Shown one piece after another: positions 29,384 to 42,094 of a DNA stretch of 64,000 bases. How positions within the stretch are numbered: the stretch's first letter is position 1; each line of letters begins with the position of its first letter. The stretch is from NCBI RefSeq assembly GCF_000150275.1, contig NW_002060950.1, positions 3,264,198 through 3,328,197 of the forward strand, given 5' to 3'. Both the position numbers and the translations under genes were made by a program. The DNA comes from Trichoplax adhaerens. Taxonomy: Eukaryota; Animalia; Placozoa. Below the pieces are notes generated by a model. The model saw nothing but the letters and a program-made list of their open reading frames with translations. It did not search any database and was not told the origin of the DNA.

Positions 29384-29946
29384 CGTCACGTTACGAATCA
29401 CCAAGAAGAGTACATGACTAAATTTAGTGTTTAATATTTATATATAGAGATAACTAATACAGTAAGAGCTATGGTAATTATTATTATTTTGTTACAGTAA
29501 ATTATACTGTATTGTAGTAAGAGTTCTCATAAGGTAACTAATATTAATTGATGATAGTGCTATGTCTTGTAACGCTTGTGGTGAATATTCTGAAGATATT
29601 CAATTGTAGATGATACTATAAATAATTCTATGTGTGGATATACTGTAGTCTAATGTTCTAGAATCGTTTAGTATATGTCCAAAATTATGAATACTGTCTG
29701 TATTAATTTAGCTATCCGATATGAGCTATATTTCATGAACTGTTATGACTCATACATGATAGCTGCTGCCGAAGTGTATTTAAGCTCGGCAGATAGTAGA
29801 ATAAAAGAATAATTATATAGTTGTTTTAACGTAGAAGCAAAGGCGTCTAAATTCTTGTGAAGTAGTTAAGGGATACTGAATCCCGTAAACTATAGTAATT
29901 TAGAAATTTGTTTACGTTATATTTGTCGCGAATCTGGTTTGTAACA
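29384..29946 (+). mobile_element. Solo LTR family E (563 bp) with 5-bp TSD
   Basis: CGTCAC...GTAACA termini; perfect TSD ATGAG (29379-29383, 29947-29951); homologous to 32150-32586. Confidence 0.88.
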
Positions 29947-30322
29947 ATGAGCCATAACAGTTCATGAAATTTAGTTAATATTGGAAAGCTAAATTAATAC
30001 AGAAATTATTTATAATCTTAGATATGTTAGTGAATGATTGTAGATAGTTAGATTAAAGTATGTCTATACACAGAATTATTTATAGTATCATTCATAATTG
30101 AATATCTTCAGGATATTCATCACAAGCGTTATAAGACATAACACTGTAATCAATTAACATTACTTACCGTATTAGAGCTCTGGCTACAGTACAGTATAAT
30201 GTACTGCAACAAAATAATAACTACCGTAGTTCGGACTGTAAGTTATTATTAGCTATCTCCATATATAAATGTTAACCTCTAAATTTAGTCACTTACTCTT
30301 CACGGTGGTTCGTACAGTGATA
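29947..30322 (-). mobile_element. 5' part of an older inverted family E LTR (host of the 29384 insertion)
   Basis: Reverse complement aligns with 29384-29753; about 16 bp of its continuation (AGCTGTCTTGTATGAG) lies at 29368-29383 on the far side of the insertion. Confidence 0.85.
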
Positions 30323-32149
30323 CACTACTGTTTAACTCATCCTAGATGTCGGAAAAACCGATAAATCAGAATGTATCAAATACCACGTAAGGATTCTAGC
30401 TATTCGAATATGTACGACCGGAAGAATAGTAGATTCCGATGCACATTTGTTACAGTTGCATCATGGTAATACATTAATTTCTGACTGTATTGATTAAAAT
30501 AATATCTAAAACTGAATCATAATTCAAGGAGTAAAATTCCACTAAATAACATTATTTTGAAGACGAAAAATTTTCAAGTCATCTAAACATAAAATTTTAT
30601 AATTTATAAAAATTGAAAGTTTGGAGGATAATTTATTGTGCATTTTTAAATTAATAAGATCTTTATCTCATCTACTATGGATAAAAATAAGAGTGTGAAA
30701 AAACACGAAGATTACTAATATACTGTTTACTACCTTCTAGAATCTGATTATTTGAATTACTGCATAACTGATTAGTATAGTATAATTTAATTGTATAGCA
30801 ATTTGCGAAATGGCCTAATAAAGTAATAACTCTCATGAAATCAAGATAGAGAGACGCCAAAATTGAATGCGGTCGTTATTCATTATTCTCCTCGCGATGG
30901 CAAATAAATTAGTAAAATATGAATCTTCTACTTAGTAAAAAATTGAGCTACAGGCCAGGTAAATACTATTTCCACGACAGCAATATATCTGAATCATAAT
31001 AATCGTACTCGTAATCTAATGTAGCGATTTAAAATTTGTTAAATTTGATATAAATCCCTAGGGAAGCATTCGTCATATAATTTCTCTATAATAGTCCTGC
31101 TAATATACTAGATTTAGTTATTATACTTCATGTGGAAGAATATTATTGTCATAATGACTACCTACAATTACAGAGCTAGTTTATTAGTAGTTGATCATTG
31201 ACTTTTCAGAGTACTCTAAATGAGTTAACTGCAATTTCTAAGAGATGAATTTGGTATCAACTGAAAAAAATCTTTTTATTTTTATTCGTATTTAATACAG
31301 CGGCATCATTTTATACTTTTTTCGAGTAATATAATGTTATATGATACTTGCATTACTTTTACTTAAATAAAGCTTTGTTTTATACGGGACAAACTATTGA
31401 GTAAAACGTTTGAGAATCTAAATTTACTTTCTTCCATTGAAAATTTCTGACTGTAATGCCTCAGTTTTTATATAAATCATGACTTATCTACTTGACAAAT
31501 CATAAATGTGTAACAAAAGTCTATCTTCACTATGCTTATTACTAAATTTAAAATACCAGACCAAATGAAAGTTACTACATTCTGTATGACAGTTTTGTCC
31601 AAGCACCTTTATGTGAACATATTTCTTCTAGTAAAAGTAGTCGTAAGCCTTAGTTAACTTTAATTGACACATCAGATTTTGTAATCTAATTAAATATTGA
31701 TAGTTTTCAACCTTACAGTAGACTAATTTCGTAAGCAGACAGCAGTATTAAAATTTAAAACGACCTTGAAACCTAATTTTTAGACTATTTTCTCGATTCA
31801 GATAACTGTCTACAATCGTTTGATGTCAATACAAGAGCTATATCAATAATGGAATGTTGTCTTAGCATAAAATTCTGTGTATAATAATGGAATGCATATT
31901 TAGAAACTTTAAAATAGATTCATTATAAACCAAAAGTACTACCATCATACCATGTATTATCTAATAAAAAGGATTTTAAACATTATCCTAAGCTGATTTC
32001 AATGAAACCGCGATAGCAATGATTGACATATGTCTACATAAAAATAAGAACGCATATAGTACTAATTAATTAGTGCTGAGCTAATTTCTAAACAAACTGT
32101 GATATATTTTTGTAGTCTCATCCAATATACTAAAAATTTATAATCATAT

Positions 32150-32586
32150 TGTCACGGTACGAACTATCGTGAAGAAATAGCTATCTTAATTTGGTGAATA
32201 TAATATGGTGATAATATATTACAACTAGTTACTTACAATAGGAATTACTCTAATTATATATGGGTTACAGTAAATTTAATGTTGTGCTGTAATGTGCACT
32301 GAAATGATTCTGGGAATGGATATGTTGTAGTCCGAATGTGAAAAATTAATTAGTAGATGTTCTCACCTAAATATTTTTATAAGATGACTCATGAATGTTA
32401 GCTGCTGCTAGAAGGGTATATAAGCCCGTCAGATAGTTGCATAAAGTAGTTCGCAATTGTCTAGTTGAGTTTAACGTAGAATCAAAGGCGTCTAAATTCT
32501 TGTGAGTAGGTATACTGAATCCGCAGATTTTTAGAGATTTAGAGATTTATTTTACGTTATCTTTGTCACGAAGCTGGTTTGTGACA
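32150..32586 (+). mobile_element. Solo LTR family E (437 bp)
   Basis: TGTCAC...GTGACA perfect inverted termini; flanks CATAT/TATAT (TSD with 1 mismatch); internal GGTATATAAG box; homologues at 13290, 18870 and 29384. Confidence 0.85.
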
Positions 32587-34186
32587 TATATATATAGCAT
32601 CTATTACTATAGGATGATTGTAGTATTTTAAAAGACAAAACAGAAATGAAAGTAACTGATACAATTCCAATATTCCAATGTGATAACATACTTTTAATTA
32701 TAATATTATTACACTCGTGTCTAATGCAATTTTTTATGATTAGATCTACACTTACTAGAAATAGTTAACGGCCTGTTACTTATCTTGAAATTTACTGGAG
32801 TAATTACTAAATATTGAAAGACTGATAAATTGTATTTATTAAATGCATTTATACTTACTCCTTTAAGTTATCGCAATCTATCATATTTTTACTATATTTT
32901 TGTACGCCTTAGAGTTAAAAGATGTAGCATACTGCGTATCTAATAATTGGTTCTGTAACTGTAACTTCATCATAACACTTATACTGTATGTTACATTTAG
33001 AGTAGAAGTTTTTAAATTTATTCTAATTCACTTTTGAATTTTTCTATGGAAGAATAAACGTAAAGTTCCTTAGGAAAAATAATTACATGGATTATCCACA
33101 ATAGCTCTTCAGAATGTAGAAAATTTAGCAGCGTTAATTTATCTAAATTGATAAATATAAAAGAATTATTTAACCATAATACAAGTAAAGTTGATTAGCT
33201 AATGTAAATTCTATATTCGAGAAAAGAGATGGAATTTTAGTGTGGAACTCAAACAATTATTTGATAATAATTATGATATTGATCAATATCTTAGTAATTA
33301 ATCACAGTTTATATCTCAATGATGAATAGAAATTATCTATTAAATATTCCATTAACAATTATTGTATAGGAGACAATTACAAAATTCTAATTTAAATATT
33401 AAAAATGTCTTAATAAAAGAAAATTATCATTTTCACTCCTTTAAAATTATTTTTTTTTAATAAATATGTCGTTTTATTACTTTATCCATGAAAATGTCTG
33501 AAATACCTAACTTGAGTGGCACAAGTAGCACCACCGTTTGTAATTTAACGTAATCAAGGCATCCAAAACCTTATAGTTAATAATGATAGCAACTTTTATA
33601 TTGCTTATCTAGACTGGGTTAGCATCTGTTAATTCAATTATTCGCATTTTAATAAATATGCACGAAACTTAGCCCTTATTAGCTTCAATTTATTTAAAAG
33701 AATTAATTTTTCAAGCAAGCAATTAAAAAATTCTTCAAAAAAAAAATAGCAAGTTTACTCATTTTATAATTTTTTTAACCATTATTAAGCTATTAATAGT
33801 CTAACTTTATAAGTATATATGGTTAGGATTTAATCAATACCTGGATTCTGCAATTCTTTCCATAAGTGTTATTGTCAAATCAGTTTGATATTTCTGGCCT
33901 TAAAATTATTATCCAATGAAGAAATTTTAGAAAATGTCACACCACCGTAAAAATTTAAAATTTTTAATGATCTACATTATAGGACATTACTTGTTAATAC
34001 GCTGTTGGAGTAGACATTTTCATTTTAACTAGGAGGTTGTTTAGAATTACGCAACATAATTTTTTGCGGTAGTGTATTGGCATAGTAAAGTTATATCAAT
34101 TTGTTATACTAATATATCATGAATAACGCTAACCTTCGACCTAATTGTTTATAATATAATTATTACCGTCCAAGTACGAAATCCAG

Positions 34187-34370
34187 TCAATTCGCGAAAT
34201 GCTTATTCAATTCGCGAAATGCCTAGTCAGTTCGCGAAATGCCTAGTCAATTCACAAAATGCCTGGTCAATTTGCGAAATGCCCAAATATATTTCTTTGC
34301 TGATTATGTCAATTCGCGAAATGCCTAGTCAATTTGCGAAATGCCCAGATATATGTCTTTGCTGATTGTA
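34187..34370. repeat. 20-bp minisatellite (TCAATTCGCGAAATGCCTAG), 7 units with a higher-order ~62-bp duplication
   Basis: Five adjacent units, a ~24-bp tail, then two more units and a second copy of the tail. Confidence 0.92.
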
Positions 34371-34673
34371 ATAACCTCTATTCTTGCAGTAAATTTATTA
34401 GTAGATTTACGAAGTCCATTAAGAAATATTATAACTCGAATACGAGAAATGATGGAATGCATATTTGTGGCCATTGAAGAAATTTACGACATTCTAAGCA
34501 GTGTCTAGCACATAACAATAGCAAATAATCAGTCAGAACATCTTTATTAAGGGAAAAATAAATTTCGTAAAAAAGACATCTACGCTTAATACTGTCTAAC
34601 AGCTAGTAAATCTACGGTAGTTGCCATAGTAATAGCTTAAGGGTGTAATTGTACTAATTAAATGTTTGACATT

Positions 34674-35223
34674 TGTAATGTAACTTAGTATTGTGATTGT
34701 AGACTGTTAGCCATGTGTAGTATAATGTACGGTAGATATTTATCCTAAGAGATATTTGGTAGCTGTAACTATAGACTGTAGTGGTAGAGACTCTATGCTA
34801 GAGTACAGATGACTATATACAGTAAGCTGTTGAGTTACTAATATGGCTATAGGTAGAAATAGAACTGTAAATCATATATTAGGATATGGTTAATTCATTG
34901 TACTTTGGCTGGTGTGAATAATGTCTACGTAAGTACTGTAGTCGTATCCATATTGGATTAATGATGGTCCGCAGTAGAATAGTCTTACTAAGAATAATTT
35001 AACTATGTGTAAAATAAGGTAAAAGGTTGCCATGCGGATTGTAGCTGCGAATGCTACGAAAAGTATAAAAGCATGCAACTTTAGATTATTCTGTTAGTTC
35101 GTTGTAGAAGTCTTTAGAAGTAGTATTCGGCTAGAGTAGAGCTGTGTAGTTAATCTTTGTATAAGATTCAATAAAGCCCTTATTTTTCTAAAATTTGGAA
35201 TTTCGTGATTGGTATATATCACA
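34674..35223 (+). mobile_element. Solo LTR family A (550 bp) with 5-bp TSD
   Basis: TGTAAT...ATCACA termini; perfect TSD ACATT (34669-34673, 35224-35228); TATAAAA box and AATAAA (35170); near-identical copy at 53109-53660. Confidence 0.93.
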
Positions 35224-38140
35224 ACATTACAATTATCGAGTGACCTTGGGGTGCCTTAGATTAAGATTGATATTTAAGTTTTAACAGTAAATGCTTGCTT
35301 CATTAACTTTATTCTATTCTTTATTATACATTTTCAATATTTCCGGCCCTTGACCAAGCATTGGTTTTAATTAATATAAGCTTAAGTAACAATTTTATGC
35401 AGTGCAATTTTGTTGTTTGATATTTTAAATGTTAATTAAAGTCCATCAGCAACAGAGATTATGTAGCAATTAACGTAGTAGCCGTTTACGATTGTATAAT
35501 TCATTATTGTAGCCTATTTTTGTGTTTTGAATATGCTCTTCCGGCAGATGTTACATTCTCAAGATACACAATTGAAGTAGAAAGTCTTTATGGGCGTCAA
35601 AACTAGAGAAATATAGCGTTCCAGTGTTTAAACTCATCTAGGAATTTGAAAATATTTTTCGCATTGTCTAAAGCTGTACGTTAAACATTGTGACGATATT
35701 AATTGGTCTTTAGATTTTAGAAGATTTGCAGAATTTTATTTTCTTGGAAAATATCGACTAAATTGCTATTCTTTTTTCTATACATTTAATAGCATACTTT
35801 TTTATTAATCTATGGGGTCAATAGCCATCTTCTAATCTTCCTACGGAACCGTGAGATGATAATAACTCCTAAGTTTATAAGCCTAAAATCATACTTTACG
35901 CTACAAATTTTGTGGTAAATATACAAACAGGTTGGCCGAATTATACTTTAAAATCTAGATTTTATTATATATTATAAAAGTACGTATTTGAAGTAAGAAA
36001 TATGATTAACATTTTACGAGAACTATTTTACCTTCATCCATAAAATTACTGAAATTTAAAAGATATTTCAGTGTTAATTTAATAAAATTAATACTATTAA
36101 AACGACCTTTTAGCATAACTAAGGAAGTATGTACGCAGCATAAAAATAATTTATCGCGAATTTATATGTATGTCCTGAGATACTCCAAGAAGTAATAGTT
36201 AACAAATATATGTAGTAGCAATCAAAAATACACTCTATGAACATATGAGTAACCAAAGTAAAATTTCTCTAATTTTCTCTCTAATTCTAATCAATCACAA
36301 AATTAAGCACGCTAATAAACTTCTTAGATTCATATTTAATGCTACTAGATGTTACATTAAAGGAATATAACCATGCAGCTGCATGATACTAACCGTCAAC
36401 GCATGCAATCAAAATTTTCAAAATCTTTCAAATTAAATGATGATATAATATGTCTAGCATATCATTTCGTTTTGTGCTTTTATTTATTACTACTATAGCA
36501 ATTAATATACAACTCTAAACACTATGTCAACATTTTTTTAATTCACATGGGTAATATTCGAAGATTATCCGCAACTAGTTTGACCAGTTCCTGAGACAAA
36601 TAAATTAGTTGTCTCGAATTTGATAAAACAAGACATCCTATAATACCTTCCAAATGTTACTTTAATAGGTGCGAAACAGAAATGTCTAAGTTCTGTCAGG
36701 ATTGGATGGCAAGATTTTACTATTCTAAAGATTTTATTCGTAGTGAATGTAGATGTCATTCGGCTACATTTTACTCGCTATGAATTACTTTTACTAAAAA
36801 GCTGTAACAGTTATTGTTTAATAACCCTTTCAAGAATTTATGACCTTATAGATGACATTTATAGATTTGTTAACACAGCTACCAAACTTGGCAACAATAT
36901 TCACACATAAGTTACGGCCAACGTCAGAAATTAATCGTATTTAAAGATTATTTTATTTGCATAATGACATAATGTAGAGATCTATTTCTCAATAAAATTT
37001 GGGTTTCATGGTCTCATTAAAGATGCATGTACTTACTCCTTCTCAACTATCGTAGAGGTTGAGATTAGAAGTTTTTCTAATAGACTGACATTGAGAAAGG
37101 CAAGCCTGATAGCTAATCTAGTACTTTTAGTTTCCGTATCGCAAATTTCGTTCTATGAAAACTAATATATAACAACTTTAAACAATACTGAAAAATTCTG
37201 AATAGACAGTAATTATCTATTATATCCTAAATTGGGCAATTAAGTCATGATTACTATTGTTGTAAAATAAGATATCAAACCGAATGACCTTTATAACATA
37301 AATATAATCTACTTGATAAAAACAGTTAAGTTAAAGCAAAACCTTGAAAGCCGTTATTATAAGTAAAGAATTTGCAAAATTTAAGAATAATAACAGAAAA
37401 CTAGTAATGAAGTAATTGATACTGTATTATGCATGCTTGCACGTGATTTAAAGCCGCATATGATAATAGAAACAACCTATAATAATCAATGTTTATTTTC
37501 AGCGATTCAACATTCGAAGCGGAACCTAATCGGTAATTAACTTATCCCAATAATCTACGTAAAAATATCAATTTATAGCAACTATTACTTTAGAAACTAT
37601 TTTGCTCTTATTTGTTTTCATAGAACAATAAGGTTATCCAAACCAAATTACCCATTGTTAAAATGCTTTCATTCTCTATGATAAATTGCCGTTAAAAAAA
37701 TTGTTACGGGCTTGTTTATTATGCTTTGAATGAAATTATCCTCTTAAAAGTTTTGATTAGTGCAGCTAATCAATACAAAACGCAACGATTATCGGTAACG
37801 TTTATCATTTTATAAGAAGCTTTCAGAGTATAACGATAGAATAGGAAAAGCAACATAGGTTGAACCCTCTTCATCTTATAAGAAACGTTGCTTGAAGAAT
37901 TATTCAATATTATCTCACTTCTAATAGAAATTACTTTAAAGATCCACGTGCAGAATCTTCAAGATTTAATGGCATTGAGAGTTTGCTGCAGGTACCACTA
38001 GGAAACGATTACAAGGCAATCGGAAACTGATATATTTTATGGTAGTGATTATTCTTCTTACGCTACAACATAAATTTTTATTCCTTTACTGTAAAAGTCA
38101 TCAAGTAATCATTAATTTGTATATTCGATAATACATTAAA

Positions 38141-39250
38141 ATGAATTTTACCGGTGCTCTCTGTATCAACAATACCTGTCGAAATGCAAGCAACCCAACA
38201 TCATTTACTTGGCAAAGTGATACGTTAGCCATGCTCTTAATCGGAGGATTAATTGGTGTTATACCCAATGTTATCATCTTAATAGGCATCTCCCGTAAAA
38301 AGGAATTACAAAAACCAACCTATTACCTTATAGCTAATTTAGCTATTTGTGATCTAATGCTCAGCTTTACAACTATTTTCAATATTATACTTCCTATAAT
38401 ATCTATTCGAGCTTCGCTTTCAGTTGGATTTCATACTTTTATATGCAAGGTAATAGCTATATTTCCAGCTTATTGGTCTTATATGGCTTCTGTTCAAACC
38501 TTAATTTTTATCAGTGCAGAGCGTTACCACGCTATCTTTCGACCTGCAATCAAGTTAACAGCCAAAAAGGCTAAATTCTTATGTCTATTAGCTTGGATTA
38601 TATCGCTGATTATTTCATTCCCCATAATTATAATTTCGGCCCCGGCTCGTAGGTCTGGAAAAGGTGTACTGTTTTGTCGTGAGTATGTTTCATACACAAT
38701 TTGGATCTCAGTCATCTATATGATTTTATTTGTTTTCCAATATGCCCTTCCGGCAGCTGTCATGATTATATTATATTCGCTTATATTACGTCATTTAAGG
38801 AAGAAAAACATAGCTGGTCGAAATGAATCATACAGAAGTAAAATGTTAAAGCGTAAGAGTATCTACATGCTAATGACGACAACAGTTATATTTTTTATCT
38901 TTTCATCACCATGGGCACTCGCACTGGCTATCATAGCAATCTCAGGAAATAATATAATATCAGATGTACAAAGTAATCCTACCTTAGGTTTCATTTTAGG
39001 AATCAGCAGGCTCTCTTTACCATTTACGACGGTCTATAATCCAATTGTGTATTGCATTTTCAATGGTCACATAAGACGATTATTTTTTTCATGTCCTTTT
39101 ATATTAATTAAAGAAAGACAATATGTGCATCCAGAACCAAAGATATTATTGAGTCATGAAAGTAATACCTTTAAATCAATAAATAATACGGACATGCAAG
39201 GTGACCATAAGCTAACAAGTGGAGAATCAATGTTAACTTCAATAGCTTAG
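38141..39250 (+). CDS. Intronless class A GPCR, orphan, 369 aa
   Basis: GVIPN, KPTYYLIANLAICD, ICK..WSYMASVQTLIFISAERY, FQYALP, FFIFSSPW, YNPIVYCIFN. Confidence 0.96.
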   Translation: MNFTGALCINNTCRNASNPTSFTWQSDTLAMLLIGGLIGVIPNVIILIGISRKKELQKPTYYLIANLAICDLMLSFTTIFNIILPIISIRASLSVGFHTFICKVIAIFPAYWSYMASVQTLIFISAERYHAIFRPAIKLTAKKAKFLCLLAWIISLIISFPIIIISAPARRSGKGVLFCREYVSYTIWISVIYMILFVFQYALPAAVMIILYSLILRHLRKKNIAGRNESYRSKMLKRKSIYMLMTTTVIFFIFSSPWALALAIIAISGNNIISDVQSNPTLGFILGISRLSLPFTTVYNPIVYCIFNGHIRRLFFSCPFILIKERQYVHPEPKILLSHESNTFKSINNTDMQGDHKLTSGESMLTSIA

Positions 39251-40730
39251 CTGAGAATATCAAAATATCAATTGTTCTTTTCTGAATTCAGGCCAGAAAT
39301 CTGTTAAACATGTTAAATGTCTACTCTAGTAACATGCACAGTGAAAGAGCGAAATTTTTTTTTTCTTAAATATGCAAATGGTAACTTTCTGCATTCATAC
39401 ATGAAAATGATTAAAGCAGCGTTGCAATGAAAGGGTTTCAATCCCTAAATTTCACACTCTTCTAAGTCACAATTTCAATTTATTTAAATACAGAAAATCT
39501 TTCACGCATCATACTATAGTTTATACGGCAATTTATCATCAAAACATCATTGCTTAGGGCATAGGCTATCTATTGCAAAAGAATCCGTCTTGCTCCTTGT
39601 CTTTAAAAGTATTGAAAACTGATAAAATAAATTGTATCATCGAATTTTAAATTCCAATGCAACTATTTAATACAATTTTAATACGGCATAAATGCTTTTC
39701 CGCAATACTCAACGCAGCAGTTAAGAATAGCATAAGCACTTCTTTAAATGCATCACTTATAGCCACCTGCCATAGTCTTTGATGCACGTAATACGAGCAG
39801 TAAAAGTGCCCCATTTCATTGTACCAGCTACAATCTACAATTACTTTCTCAAGCACAACGAACTATTCCAAATTACGAGGTGCCTTACTTCATGATGTCA
39901 TAACCACTTTAATTAGCTTTAATCATTTCTAATATCATTAGATAAAATTAGATCACGGAAATACCAACTCCATCAGTTCCAGTAATGTGTGGAAATGTTA
40001 TTCTCTCGAAAGAGTATTATCGTGGCATGCGTGATATAGCATTTTATCATATTTCTTTCGATGTGCACTTAAGTGTCAATAATGTTTACGATCTATCTAA
40101 CTATAAGTTACTTAGTGAATAGCAGTTGATACGTAAGCTACCACTAATTTAGGATTAGATAGATTAAAAGTGTTAATTACAAACTAGCTTAATCGTAATA
40201 TATAAATCATCTTGAATGAAGTTAAAATCGAAAGTTCAGCTATTAAATTTAGTAGAAATATTATACAGTACTATGGTAACTTCTTATACGAGTAACTTTG
40301 TTAACTGTGTTCAGGAAAAAACTAATTTAATGCTTAGCTATCATAGTAAATTTTAATGGACTCGATAATATTCCAATTTATACCGGTACGAATGAAGTTT
40401 CTTAAAGCAATTATATAGCAAATTGGTAAAAGACGAAGTGATTTGTTTCGTTGAATTGATATTGTTAAATACCCATAAACCTACATTACCAAAGCTATGA
40501 TCTCACAGTTATTAATATAGCTTGCGATTTTCTGGGTGAGATTTGAAGTCTCACTGTACTTTATCTTAATTACATCCAGCATTGGAATATTAGGCAATTG
40601 GCATTCCATTTCTTGTAGTGTACAATAAAGATAACATGTTCTCAACTGTGGTTACAAGATAAATACTTATCATCTTACTTTCGTGAACTAAATAATACAA
40701 CTTATACAGTATGCCTGCTATTTTTATATC

Positions 40731-40806
40731 TTCTTGTTATAGGTGATACAACTTGAGGCTTCATATATACGCGCATAGCCTCAAATTGTAAAACCTGTAA
40801 TAAGAA
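40731..40806. repeat. Imperfect inverted repeat, 30-bp arms with a 16-nt loop
   Basis: TTCTTGTTATAGGTGATACAACTTGAGGCT pairs with AGCCTCAAATTGTAAAACCTGTAATAAGAA (3 mismatches and 2 G-U pairs as + strand RNA). Confidence 0.85.
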
Positions 40807-42094
40807 AGCAAAATAACATATATAGCTTTTTTGCTGTTCAATTAAGTTCCTTTAATGATTGATCTTTCTGAATTTTGTTAATAGATACATATATTTGCAT
40901 TGCAATTTGTAAATTAATTATTAATATACATTTAATCTAATATCATTATATGCATAATTAATTAAACTTTTGCTTAATTTTACTCACTTTTACACTCATA
41001 TTACCATACTCTCTATAAAAGTTTATTCATTTATGTATCGATATCACTTCTCAGTTATTACAACGGCTTACTTAACTTAGCAATGTAAACTTACCGTGCG
41101 CTGAGCTGTTTTCCTGACCTAGCGCTCTATTACTAAGCAATCCTTAATTTAACGATGCAAAGCGCATTTAGAACGTTTATCAGTCATCAACCTAGACAAA
41201 GATAGATAACTATAGAAAAATGAAAGCTTCTATTCAAATAGTAATACAAATTACTTTATGGAGCAAAAAAACATTACCATCAACCTTTCGTAATAACTGG
41301 ATACTATTATACGTGAATAATCATAGTATACTTCTCCAGTACTAATTATAATAATTGACAGTAATATTAAAAAAAGTTTTATATGAAAAGCCTAACAAGA
41401 ATTTCTTTGCTAAAACTTTATTCAGTATGAAAGCCTTGATTTAAATTATTACACTTGGTCACTAACGCTGATTCATCAATGAAAATCTATAAAAATCTTC
41501 GCAAAATTTTCCTTATTGCAAATATCGTTAAAGTCTAAACCTACTATGATGCTATGCTATTATGATGTACAACAAGTCAAAATTAACAATGTCCGTCATT
41601 TATCAATCTGCATAACTACACTTTAATAAATTATCTAACCTCATTTGTAGTTATGACAATACTAGAGAATCGTTTTATGAATTTTTCTCAGTATCCTAAA
41701 TAGATACTTCAAAATAATATATAATTATTTATATTTTCATGCTAATATTTCATATTATGGGGATTTAAGCATTTTTTGATATTACTCGTAATCTAATATC
41801 AGTAAAGAAATGTAGGATTAGAAAGATAGTAGCTGATATTCTAGCAAAAGTTGGTACTTAATAGTTTAACTGAAGCTATTTACAGAAAATTATACTGTAT
41901 TCTCATTATTAATTAATAAAATTTGAAAACAAGCTTGTCGCGGTACGCCGTTACTAATTAAGTAACTGTTGATTAATGAATGCTTATGAATAGATAAGAT
42001 AATGTTATGTGCTATGTTTAATGCGCTTGTAGCTGATAATAGGATGGTAGAAATGAGATAGAAATAGAAGTTGTTAACAGTTAATTTACTGTGG

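Noticed and set aside
34187-34370. CRISPR-like array
   Set aside because: Units are directly adjacent with no unique spacers, there are no cas genes, and the context is eukaryotic.
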